A DNA stretch of 64,000 nt from an uncultured Acidobacteriota bacterium (GTDB lineage Bacteria; Acidobacteriota; Thermoanaerobaculia; Gp7-AA8), in assembly GCA_963822445.1 (NCBI GenBank), contig CAWGHO010000001.1:192001-256000 (forward strand), read 5' to 3'. Made by a program: the position numbers and the translations under genes. Shown here piece after piece: positions 30,563 through 39,863 of this stretch. Within the stretch, counting starts at the first letter, position 1, and each line of letters begins with the position of its first letter. The notes under the pieces are model-generated. The model was not told the origin of the DNA. It worked only from the letters and a program-made list of their open reading frames with translations, and did not search any database.

Positions 30563-32824
30563 TCTCCGACACGTTCTGGAAGCCGCGCGGCAGTTTGAGG
30601 CCGCGCTGGGCGCGCTTGCCGAGGTATTGCTCGAGGTCGGCGCCCTTCAGATTGGTGAAGCGCTTGCCCGCGGTGACGATCAGCGTCCCGTTCTGGGGCA
30701 CGACCGCCATGCCGACCACCTTCTCCGGCGCGATCGGCGTGCGATGCAGTTTGATGGTCTGCACGCCCTTGCCTTTCGACAGCGGCGGCAGCTCCGCGAT
30801 CTCGAACACCAGCAGCTTCCCTTCCGTCGACGCCGCCGCGACGAGATCGGTCTCGTAGCTGTGAATCCGCTGCGGCCGCATGACCGTGGCCTTGCCGGAA
30901 ACGTTCACGATCGACTTGCCGGCCTTGCGGTCCGTGACCATGTCGTCGAAGCGGATCACGAATCCATAGCCGTCATCGGTCGACAGCAGCCACAGATCGT
31001 CCGGGCTCGCCCATCATCACGCCGACGAACGTCGCGCCGCCCGGCGGCTGGAGCGATGAGGTCAGCGGCTCGCCGTGGCCTTTCGCCGACGGCAGCTCGT
31101 GCGCGGGCAGCGCGTACGTGCGGCCGGTCGAGTCGATGAAGACCGCGAGTTGATTGCTGCGCCCCTTCGCCGCGGCCAGGAACTGATCGCCCGATTTGTA
31201 CTGCAGCGCGGTGGGATCGAGATCGTGCCCCTTGCCGGCGCGCACCCAGCCGCGCTCGGACAGCACGACCGTCACCGGCTCGGACGGAATCAGCGCGGTC
31301 GCATCGAGCGCGCGCGCGGCTTCGCGCTCGACGATCGGCGAGCGGCGTTTGTCGCCGAACTCCTCGCCGTCGCGGATCAGCTCATCGCGGACCTGCTTGC
31401 GCAGACGCGCCTTCGAGCCGAGGACCTTTTCCAGTTCCGTGCGCTCGTCCTGCAGCTTTTTCTGCTCGCCGCGGATCTCCATCTCCTCGAGGCGGTTCAG
31501 GTACCGCAGTCGCAGCTCGAGGATGTATTCGGCCTGAATCTCGGAGAGCTTGAAGCGCTTCATCAGCGCCGGTTTCGGCTCGTCTTCTTTCCTGATGATG
31601 CGAATGACCTCGTCGACGTTGAGGTACGCGACCATCAGACCGTCGAGGAGATGCAGTCGCGCGTTGACGTGGTCGTAGCGATGCTGCAGGCGGCGGCGGA
31701 CCGTCTCGATCCGGAACTCCAGCCACTCCGCGAGCAGGTCGCGCAGGTTGTACAAGCGCGGCCGGCCGTCGAGGCCGATCATGTTCATGTTGATGCGGTA
31801 GGTCCGCTCGAGATCGGTCGTCGCGAAGAGGTGCGTCATCAGCTCGTCGAGGTCGACGCGGTTCGATCGCGGCACGATCACGAGCGCGGTCGGGCTTTCC
31901 TGGTCCGACTTCGTCGCGGACGTCCTCGACCATCGGCAGCTTCTTGGCCTGCATCTGCTGCGCGATCTGCTGCTGCACCTTCGTGCCGGAGACCTGGAAC
32001 GGCAGCGCGCTGATCACGATCTCGCCGTCCTCGACTTCCCACTTGGCGCGCTGGCGGACGAGCCGTTGCCGGTCTTGTACATCTCCCGGATCTCCGCCGG
32101 CGGCGTGATGATCTCCGCGCTGGTCGGGAAGTCGGGGCCTTTGACGTGCTTGGTGAGCTGCGCGAGCGTGGCGTCGGGGTTGTCGAGCAGCTCCACGCAG
32201 GCCGTCGACGATCTCCCGCACGTTATGCGACGGGATGTCCGTGGCCATGCCCACCGCGATTCCCGACGCGCCGTTCAGCAGCACGTGCGGAAGGCGCGAC
32301 GGCAGGAGCTTCGGCTCGCGCATGGTGCCGTCGAAGTTCTGCCCCCAGTCGACGGTGCCCTGCTCCAGCTCGGACAAAAGCGACTGAGCGAACCTCGCCA
32401 GCTTCGCCTCGGTGTACCGCATCGCCGCGAACGACTTCGGGTCGTCCGGCGAGCCCCAGTTCCCCTGCCCCTCGACGAGCGGATAGCGCATCGAGAAGGG
32501 CTGGGCCATGAGGACCATCGCTTCGTAGCAGGCCGAGTCGCCGTGGGGATGGAACTTGCCGATCACGTCGCCGACCGTGCGCGCCGATTTCTTCGGCTTC
32601 GAGTTCGGCCCCAGGCCGAGCTCCGACATCGCGTAAACGATGCGCCGCTGAACGGGCTTCAGACCGTCAGCAAGGTGCGGCAGGGCCCGGTCCAGGATGA
32701 CGTACATCGAGTAGTCGAGGTACGCCTTGCGCGCGAAATCGCCGACGGGGAGGTTCTCGATGTCGGGGAGCGTGGGCGGGGGTGGGTTGAAGGAGAGCTG
32801 TTGTTTGGATTTACGGGTCGGCAT
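30513..32824 (-). CDS. parC: DNA topoisomerase IV subunit A (about four apparent frameshifts)
   Basis: [51 protein letters not shown]-terminal [10 protein letters not shown]. Confidence 0.95.
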
Positions 32825-32998
32825 CGGTTCTCAAAGACGCGCATAAGGTACTTGATTCGCTCCCGTCGCGCGACAGCAAAGAATCGGGCCACGTCGATAC
32901 CCAAACGGGCTTCGCCGAGGTACTTTGTTACCGTGAGCGGGATCGCCGCGATGGAGTGCTTCTTTCCACGAACGCCAGTATTGCGACTCGTGGTCGAA

Positions 32999-33637
32999 GT
33001 GAACTGGCTGGAGCGGCTGCGCCTCGCCGTCGATCGGAGCGGGAAGAAACACAGTGTCGTCGCCCGCGACGCTGGCGTCGCGCCGACGACGCTAAGCCGC
33101 ATCCTGAACGCGCGGATGAATCCGACCTTCACCACCGTCGTGCGCATCACCCGCGCGGTCAATGAGAACGTCGGCTGGCTGCTCGACGAACGCCCTTTCG
33201 CTCTGTCCGCGGATGAGCAGAAGCAACTGCGCAAGGTGGTGCGCTTCCTCGATGACACCTTGCTGTCCTCTTCATCGTCGCGGCGCGAGCGGCCGGAGCC
33301 GAACGCCGACCATGCCGGCGGCGTGGAAGTACCGCGCGCGTACGCCGTCCGCGGCGCAAGACTGGTCTACGAGGCCTCGGGCGACTCGATGATCGGCGCC
33401 GGCATCGCCGACCGCGATCTCCTCTTCGTCAAACCGACGAAAAGCACGCGCGAAGCAGCCGGTCGCGTCGTCGTCTGCCGCGTCGACAATGCCGTGTACG
33501 CGCGTGTGCTCGATGTGCGCGCCGGCCGCATCCGCCTCCTGACCCGCAATGAACGGCATCCATCGATCGACGTCGATGCCTCGAGCCAGTTCGAGTTGAT
33601 CGGCATCGTGGTCGGCCGGAGCGGTCCGATCACGTAG
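32999..33637 (+). CDS. XRE-HTH / S24 (LexA/CI-like) transcriptional regulator
   Basis: HTH (VARDAGVAPTTLSRILN) plus GDSM..AGI.D.D S24 domain; Arg at the catalytic Lys position. Confidence 0.87.
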   Translation: MNWLERLRLAVDRSGKKHSVVARDAGVAPTTLSRILNARMNPTFTTVVRITRAVNENVGWLLDERPFALSADEQKQLRKVVRFLDDTLLSSSSSRRERPEPNADHAGGVEVPRAYAVRGARLVYEASGDSMIGAGIADRDLLFVKPTKSTREAAGRVVVCRVDNAVYARVLDVRAGRIRLLTRNERHPSIDVDASSQFELIGIVVGRSGPIT

Positions 33638-33656
33638 CAGACGTAAGATGGCGGCG

Positions 33657-34754
33657 ATGCGGAACGCCTTGAACGCCGTCGCGCTGTGTGTTGGCCTCGC
33701 GTGTGGGCCGCTGCTGCAAGGCTCGACGCCCGAGATTGTCTGGCAGTTCGACACAGCCGGTTGAGTGTTCTCTCCGCCCGCGGTCGCGGGCGATCTGGTT
33801 TACATAGGTTCGTGCTCGGGAACGTTCTACGCGCTCGACCACGATACGGGAGAGGAACTCTGGTCTTATGACATCCGTCGCGATGGAAAGCAGTCCAGTT
33901 TCCATGGGGACGTTGTTGTCGATGAGGGCGCGGTTCTGTTCGGCACAGATATGGTTTGTGCGCCCGAGGCAATCGGCCACGTCTACGCCGCGCATCCGAC
34001 GACCGGCAAAATCCTCTGGAAATATCGCTCGCCGGTCAGTGTGTCGGCGAATCTTCTGCGTATCGGCTCGTCTGTCTGTTTCGGCACGACCTTCGCGGAG
34101 TGGGGTTGTCTCGATCGAACGAGCGGACGCCTTCAGTGGAAGGCGCCGCTGACGACTACAGAGGCGACGTGCGAGCTGCCGATGTGGGGCGCTGCCGACA
34201 GCAAAAGACTGTTCGCAATCGCCCCGGATGGAACGCTTACCGCACTACGATCACAAGACGGCCGTGTACTGTGGAAGCGTCGGCTCGGTGCTCGCGCGAC
34301 GACGTCACCTCTTATCGCGAAAGGAGTTCTGCACATCGGTGCGGCGGACAACCGCGTCTATTCGCTGAACGCCGCAACAGGTCGAGTCCTGCGCGCCGTG
34401 CCTGTGCGCGGCCAGCCGGTCGGCCGGCCCACGCTTACGCGGGACGCACTGTTCATTGTGCTGAAGAATCCCAGTGACCCAAAAGGCCTGCTCGTAGCGC
34501 TCGATCCAGCAGGCAAACGCGTCAAGTGGTACCGGGAGCACCCGCGAACCTTCGCATCAGAACAACCGCATGTCTGGCGCGATATCGTCATCGTTGGCGA
34601 TTGCACCGGTGAGGTGAATGCATTTTCTAGTTCCGACGGGACGCCGCAGTGGCAGGTCAACGTCGGTGGTTGTGTAAGGAGCATTGCCAGTTCGGACGAG
34701 TATCTTTTGGTGGGGACGGAAGAGGGTGTCGTGTCGGCTGTGCGTCCATTCTGA
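33657..34754 (+). CDS. Secreted PQQ/BamB-like beta-propeller with in-frame UGA at codon 36 (candidate selenoprotein)
   Basis: ATG 33657 encodes a signal-like peptide and WQFDTAG, then TGA 33762-33764, then VFSPPAVAGDLVYIGSC in the same frame; repeated ALD..TG..LW blades. Confidence 0.8.
33775..33792 (+). promoter_or_regulatory. Candidate bacterial SECIS stem-loop
   Basis: CGCCCGC-GGTC-GCGGGCG starting 10 nt after the UGA; loop G at +21/+22. Confidence 0.55.
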
Positions 34755-35071
34755 TACGTCGATGATCGTGGCCGACATGCTCGCAAGCGTCTTCGGCTAC
34801 AGCAAAGTACAACGAGATTACCCGTGAGTTGTGTGTGTGTGTGCGCGGCATGTACTGCGACCTCGCCGTGAAACTCTGGTCGATGCGTACCGCCATCTCC
34901 CGGAACGTTCTCAAACGAGAGGCGATCGAAGACGAGCCGGCGACCCAAGTGCGCAAAAGAAGCCATCGCGAGCCGGCGAACCGCAAGCTGCAAGTACTGA
35001 AGTCAGAAAACACTGCAGACGAACCCGCGGCTGGCAGTCCGTCGGCAGAAAGGTCGCATGGCCAACGGTAA
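34750..35071 (+). pseudogene. Remnant of an HsdR_N-like restriction endonuclease gene (5' truncated, frameshifted, internally deleted)
   Basis: SDTSMIVADMLASVFGYS / KYNEITRE..RGMYCDLAVKL joined to a C-terminal-like NVLKREAIEDE. Family recognised from memory. Confidence 0.6.
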
Positions 35072-35518
35072 CGTCGTAGCCGACCGGCTGACTGGTCCGC
35101 CCGTGCCGGGCCGACCCGCGACGGTCGACAGAGCGTTTTCGCGTTGGGGCCTAAGTGATAGCTAGGCCGACGAATGACGATTCTCGCGGGGACACCTCTC
35201 CACGAAGCTCCGCGTACCTGCACGATCGTGCGTCTCAGGCACCGGGCGGCGGCCGGGGAACCCTTAACCCCACGCCGTTCGGCGCCGATCAGAAAACGGC
35301 CACCGCGATACGCGGGTCAATAGCAACCAACTGAGGGCTGCCAAGCTTTGTTATTTGTTGCTCCACTTCACACGTGTGCTGAGTGACCTGGATGAGAAAA
35401 TCGCAACTGGGGCGTTCCGCGCTTCAGGCTAGGCACAGCCTCAGACAGAGGTAGGGTTTTCGCTTCCGCTGACACTCCTAGAACAGAGCGGCTACTTAGC
35501 GGCACACGGGAGGTTTCC

Positions 35519-36385
35519 ATGCGCACACGATTTCGAGCGTCGATGCACACAGCAATCGACGTCATCCTCGTGCTCATCGGCTTCATCGTGCTTCTTCTGA
35601 TTGGTTATGTCCAAACGCAAACAGCCAAGGAGCAGATCGCCGCTCTGGCGACGAGTTTGATCGCCGCCGGCCTCATCGATTTTCTAGTTCGTTCGCTTCA
35701 TGACGAACCGACAGCACAAACTATTGAAATGGCGTCCGACACGCGCGCCAAGCTTGACCGTTCCTATCGCAAGCGAAAGTATGAGGCGGCGGAGACAGAT
35801 ATCGTCAGCGTCGCGTTGATGAATGTACTTGAAGAGATAGCGCATGACGAGGACGATAAGTTCTTGAAGCACATTGTCTTCGACGGAGCGAAGGTGAGGC
35901 TAGCCTTTCTTTCACCATCCGCATCATACGTTCGACAACGGGCAACGGAGGACGGAGTTCCAGAGGAAGACCTGAAGGCCACGTTGCAAGACTCGGTGCG
36001 GTCATGCATGCGTGTGTTTGAGCGCTTGCAGGCAGTTTATGAAGCGGCCGCCGATAGGCGCGCGCATGAGCCTCACGGTGCCGGGATGTTTGTCATTAGG
36101 GCGGTAGACCTTTGCCCGTATTTTTCGATCAATAGGACGGACGACGAAATGTTATGGGGGCTATACACCTCAAATCACAGAGGTGTCTACGCACCGGTCT
36201 TTCATGTCAAGCGCACCTCCGCGGTGTTCGAAAAACTTACGACACACTTTGAGCGGCTATGGACTTTGTCCGATCAGCGCGATGTTGTCAGGTACTACCA
36301 TCCGAGCCGGCCGACAATAAACCGCCCTCTTGTGGCGCAGTTGCTGGGAGAGAGAGCGCCGACAGACGGCCTAACTTTGGTGTGA
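35519..36385 (+). CDS. 2TM + DUF5919-like hypothetical protein, probable integron gene cassette
   Basis: GGAGG RBS, two N-terminal TM helices, VRLAFLSP…RQRA and F..HFE.LW motifs, atypical codon usage, 3' end overlaps attC. Confidence 0.75.
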   Translation: MRTRFRASMHTAIDVILVLIGFIVLLLIGYVQTQTAKEQIAALATSLIAAGLIDFLVRSLHDEPTAQTIEMASDTRAKLDRSYRKRKYEAAETDIVSVALMNVLEEIAHDEDDKFLKHIVFDGAKVRLAFLSPSASYVRQRATEDGVPEEDLKATLQDSVRSCMRVFERLQAVYEAAADRRAHEPHGAGMFVIRAVDLCPYFSINRTDDEMLWGLYTSNHRGVYAPVFHVKRTSAVFEKLTTHFERLWTLSDQRDVVRYYHPSRPTINRPLVAQLLGERAPTDGLTLV

Positions 36386-36560
36386 AGCTGGCACGGCCCG
36401 GCTTCGGCCCGGCAGCCGAGCCGCCTACGTTGTCGCCAGCGTGACGGCGTCACAGCGGTTGCAGTTCGCCACTCGGTGCTACGCACGTCATTGGCGGCAA
36501 CCGCCGCTCCGGCTTCGGCACGCGGAACCGGCCGTGCAGCTTACACCAAGGACGTTAGCC
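36369..36560 (+). mobile_element. Integron attC-like recombination site (solo, 192 bp)
   Basis: GCCTAAC (R'') …TTGGTGTgAAGCTGgCACGGCC pairs with GGCCGTGCAGCTTACACCAA… GTTAGCC (R'), leaving two extrahelical G. Confidence 0.78.
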
Positions 36561-36804
36561 GGACGTAAGAAAGCCCGCCTCGCTATCTCAGCGCGGCGCG
36601 AGTTTCCAGCGCTGGCGGCCGGAACATCGTCAGCTCTCCAAAGATGCACTCTCAACGACGTTAGCCCCCGGCCGAGGACCGGATGGTGGCCACCCACTCA
36701 ATACCGTCGTCGATGGCGTTTGAGTATCGATACGACAAATACGGAAACCCTGGTGAAGTGCAGGTAAACCACGGCGAATCACGGATTACGGTTATACTTT
36801 CTTC

Positions 36805-37410
36805 ATGCGGAAAATACTTATTGTCGTCGCGATTCTCTCGTATGCCGTCGTCGGGTATGCACAGACCACCGAGTCCTTGTGGGCTGATCTGACCGCTGGA
36901 AACGCCCGATTCGTCGGGGGAAGCCTGGACTACTGCGCCTTGCAGCAGTTGAGGAATGCGACGGCGGGCGGCCAGTCACCGCCGACATCGATTCTCTCCT
37001 GCGCTGACAGTCGCGTTCCTGCAGAGCTGGTGTTCGATCGCAGCATTGGAGAACTGTTCGTCGTCCGAGTGGCCGGCAACGTTGACGAGACCTTCGGTGT
37101 GGCCAGCCTCGAATACGCTGTCCTGAACGGCTGGTCCAAAACGATTGTCGTGATGGGCCACAGCGAGTGCGGCGCGGTGCAAGCGTCGCTGACCGAGCCG
37201 AAGCCGGGTGAGCCCACGCCGGCCCTCTATCAGCTCATCCTGCGCATCCGAAAGTCGTTCAAGACGCCGCCGCGTGATCTTCGCGAGGCGACGATCATGA
37301 ACATCAAGTACACCGCCGAGCAACTGGCGCTGAACCCCAAGCTCAAGGGCGTACCGATCGTGAGAGCGTACTACGACGTCGCGAGCGGGAAGGTCGAACG
37401 GATTCCGTAA
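36805..37410 (+). CDS. Secreted beta-class carbonic anhydrase
   Basis: GNARF, SCADSRV, RVAGN, SLEYAV, GHSECGAV; signal peptide. Confidence 0.93.
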   Translation: MRKILIVVAILSYAVVGYAQTTESLWADLTAGNARFVGGSLDYCALQQLRNATAGGQSPPTSILSCADSRVPAELVFDRSIGELFVVRVAGNVDETFGVASLEYAVLNGWSKTIVVMGHSECGAVQASLTEPKPGEPTPALYQLILRIRKSFKTPPRDLREATIMNIKYTAEQLALNPKLKGVPIVRAYYDVASGKVERIP

Positions 37411-37497
37411 TCCCCATCTCGTCGGCCTGCTCGACGCATGAAGTGAAGTCGTTTACCGGGCAGGTTTCTGTTACCTTCCCCTCCCGGAGGGCTCCTC

Positions 37498-37974
37498 ATG
37501 CAACGCTGCTTCGTCCTCGCCGCTTTCGCTCTTCTGGGGATGGCGTGTGCCACCTCCTTCGTTCCGACGACGAACTCCTCGGCTGAGCTGACCCGGTACG
37601 TCGACGAAGCGGCGCGGCTCGTTCAGACTCGAGGGGCTGCCGCGTGCGGCGCGCTTCACGGACCGAAGTGGAAGTCGGGCCAGTACTACGTCTTCGTCAC
37701 GAGCGCGGAGACGAACGTCACCGTCTGCCATCCGGTTCGCGACGATCTGGTTGGGCAGGACCAGACCAACCTTCAGGATGCCAACGGGAAATACTTCATT
37801 AGGGAAATGCTGGCCGTTGCAAGCAAGCCCGAAGGAAGGAGTTGGGTCGATTACATATGGCCTCGGCCGGGCGAAACGACGCCTGCGCAGAAGGCCGCCT
37901 ATGTCGTAAGCGTCGCCGGCCCTGACGGGAAACGGTACGTCGTTGGAAGCGGCGCTTACGGAGTCGTGCACTAG
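37498..37974 (+). CDS. Single Cache domain lipoprotein
   Basis: Lipobox-like GMAC; YVFV…HP…LQDANGKYFIREM…WVDYIWPRP…K. Confidence 0.88.
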   Translation: MQRCFVLAAFALLGMACATSFVPTTNSSAELTRYVDEAARLVQTRGAAACGALHGPKWKSGQYYVFVTSAETNVTVCHPVRDDLVGQDQTNLQDANGKYFIREMLAVASKPEGRSWVDYIWPRPGETTPAQKAAYVVSVAGPDGKRYVVGSGAYGVVH

Positions 37975-37978
37975 CACC

Positions 37979-38602
37979 GTGGTCGAATTCGCATACACCT
38001 CCCCTGACCCGACGTGGTCCAACGCATACCTCTGGCCGGAGTTGTTGCGCATCCTGGCTCGGGAAGCGCCCGCGCCACACGCGGTTTTCGAGCTCGGTTG
38101 CGGGAACGGTGCAACAGCACGCCTGCTCGCTCAACGTGGGTATTCAGTGACCGGCGTCGATCCCTCGACGTCGGGGATCGCGATCGCAAAAGAACACGCA
38201 TCCGAACGCCTTCAGTTCGAAGTCGGGTCGACGTCGCATGATCTGGCGGACCGCTTCGGCACGTTTCCGGTCGTCGTCAGCCTCGAGGTCATCGAGCATT
38301 GCCCTTCGGCTCGCGATTTCATGCGCACCTTCAACTCGCTCCTCGCGCCTGGCGGCCTTGGAATCATCTCCACTCCCTACCACGGCTACGTCAAGAACCT
38401 CGCGGTGATCGCGCTCGGCGGTTTCGATCATCACTTCAATCCATTGTGGGAGGGCGGGCATCTCAAATTCTTTACGATCCGAAAGCTGCGGGAACTCTTC
38501 GGCGAATTCGGATTCATGACGCCTGAATTTCATCGTGTAGGCCGTGTGCCGATCGTTGCGAAATCTGTAATCGCAGTCATTCGCCGCGATCCGGCGGCGT
38601 GA
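37979..38602 (+). CDS. Class I SAM-dependent methyltransferase
   Basis: FELGCGNG, GVDPS, SLEVIEH, STPYHGY. Confidence 0.9.
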   Translation: MVEFAYTSPDPTWSNAYLWPELLRILAREAPAPHAVFELGCGNGATARLLAQRGYSVTGVDPSTSGIAIAKEHASERLQFEVGSTSHDLADRFGTFPVVVSLEVIEHCPSARDFMRTFNSLLAPGGLGIISTPYHGYVKNLAVIALGGFDHHFNPLWEGGHLKFFTIRKLRELFGEFGFMTPEFHRVGRVPIVAKSVIAVIRRDPAA

Positions 38603-38633
38603 CCGGCATTCGGGACCCGGCTATAGTTTCCCG

Positions 38634-39416
38634 ATGGCCGACAACCTTGAACTCACCCCTCCGCGCGACGAGAAGCTCGGACCGTTCCAGCTGGTCATGC
38701 TCGTCCTTTCGATTTACGTCCTCATCGCACTCTTCGTCGAGGCGGCTGTCGATCTGCCGGCCGAGGTGAAGACTCTGCTTCAGCAGATCGACAACGCGAT
38801 CTGCGTCATCTTTCTGATCGATTTCTGCATTCGCCTTGCGAGATCGCGGGACCGCTGGCGCTTCATGCGCTGGGGTTGGATCGACGCTGTGTCGAGCATC
38901 CCCATGGTCGATGCGTTCCGTTGGGGACGGCTGGTGCGGATCATCCGCATTCTGCGCATGCTTCGCGCGTTCCGCTCCACGCGCGTGCTGGTGAAGTACT
39001 TCTTCAGGAACCGGGCCCTGGGAACATTCGCCACGGTCGCGCTGATCTCGGTGACGCTCACCATCTTCTCGTCGATTGCCGTGTTGAATTTCGAGGACGT
39101 GCCCGAAGCGAACATCAAGTCGGCGTCCGATGCGCTCTGGTGGTCGTTCGTGACCATCACCACCGTCGGCTATGGCGACAAGTTCCCGGTCACACCCGAA
39201 GGACGTGTCATTGCAGTATTTCTGATGACCGCTGGCGTCGGGCTGTTCGGCACATTTACAGGGCTTCTGGCCAGCTTCTTCGTCGAGGCCGAACAGGAAA
39301 AGGACGAGGCGGAGGACGACGCGGAAGCCGACGCGGTTCTCGTCGAGCTCAGGGCGATTCGCGAGGAGCTGGCCGCACTCAGAATGGCAACCGCGTCGCG
39401 AACGATCGAGCCGTGA
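38634..39416 (+). CDS. Voltage-gated-type potassium channel
   Basis: TTVGYGD selectivity filter; S4 RLVRIIRILRMLR. Confidence 0.93.
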   Translation: MADNLELTPPRDEKLGPFQLVMLVLSIYVLIALFVEAAVDLPAEVKTLLQQIDNAICVIFLIDFCIRLARSRDRWRFMRWGWIDAVSSIPMVDAFRWGRLVRIIRILRMLRAFRSTRVLVKYFFRNRALGTFATVALISVTLTIFSSIAVLNFEDVPEANIKSASDALWWSFVTITTVGYGDKFPVTPEGRVIAVFLMTAGVGLFGTFTGLLASFFVEAEQEKDEAEDDAEADAVLVELRAIREELAALRMATASRTIEP

Positions 39417-39420
39417 CCCG

Positions 39421-39795
39421 TCACTTCGACGTTCGAATCGTGACGATGTAATCGGCCTTCTTTGTCTCGCCTGACCCGACAGGCTCAGGCTTCACCTCGA
39501 CTAGCGTAATCGTCAGGCCCGCGAGTTTCCCCACGGACGCTCCAGCGCTCGCGTTCGTGTGCAGCACGACGGACTCGCCGCCGGCCTCCAGGCGCACAGC
39601 CGCGTCGCCGGCCCAGACGCAGGTCACGTCTTTCGGGCATCGGCTCTCGGTGACGTCTGTGAACAAGATCCGCTTGCCCGCAATCGTCACCGTGCCGCCG
39701 TATCGCACCGTGTGCGTCCCGTCCGCAGAGACGGGCTCCGACGGCGACGAGGTGCAGCCGACAGTCCAGAGCAGAACGGCGATGAGCAATCTCAT
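39421..39795 (-). CDS. Lipoprotein with SRCP..xCVWAG motif
   Basis: Lipobox VGC; ESRCPKDVTCVWAG. Confidence 0.8.
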   Translation of the reverse strand: MRLLIAVLLWTVGCTSSPSEPVSADGTHTVRYGGTVTIAGKRILFTDVTESRCPKDVTCVWAGDAAVRLEAGGESVVLHTNASAGASVGKLAGLTITLVEVKPEPVGSGETKKADYIVTIRTSK

Positions 39796-39863
39796 GCAAC
39801 ATGTATAGCACTTCGGGCGGTGGCGGTAGACGCGTGTTCTCGCCGACGCGTATCACGGCTCGG

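Noticed and set aside
32520-32560. Quinolone-resistance substitution in ParC
   Set aside because: The QRDR reads HGDSACYE, with the wild-type Ser and Glu.
30513-32824. Multiple frameshifts in parC (also parE, kinase 9669-12305, phosphoesterase, sirtuin, amidase) as pseudogenes or programmed frameshifting
   Set aside because: They are single-base indels without slippery heptamers, in otherwise well-conserved and normally essential genes. Long-read consensus error is the simpler explanation; check by read polishing.
32066-32998. N-terminal extension of the 523-aa ORF ahead of the XRE/S24 domain
   Set aside because: Antisense to parC; not a genuine fusion.
34829-34843. (GT)n tract as a phase-variation switch
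   Set aside because: It is short and lies within an already broken pseudogene.
35060-35152. Possible second attC after the HsdR-like remnant
   Set aside because: AAC and GTT ends are present but do not fit RYYYAAC/GTTRRRY, and the arms do not pair convincingly.
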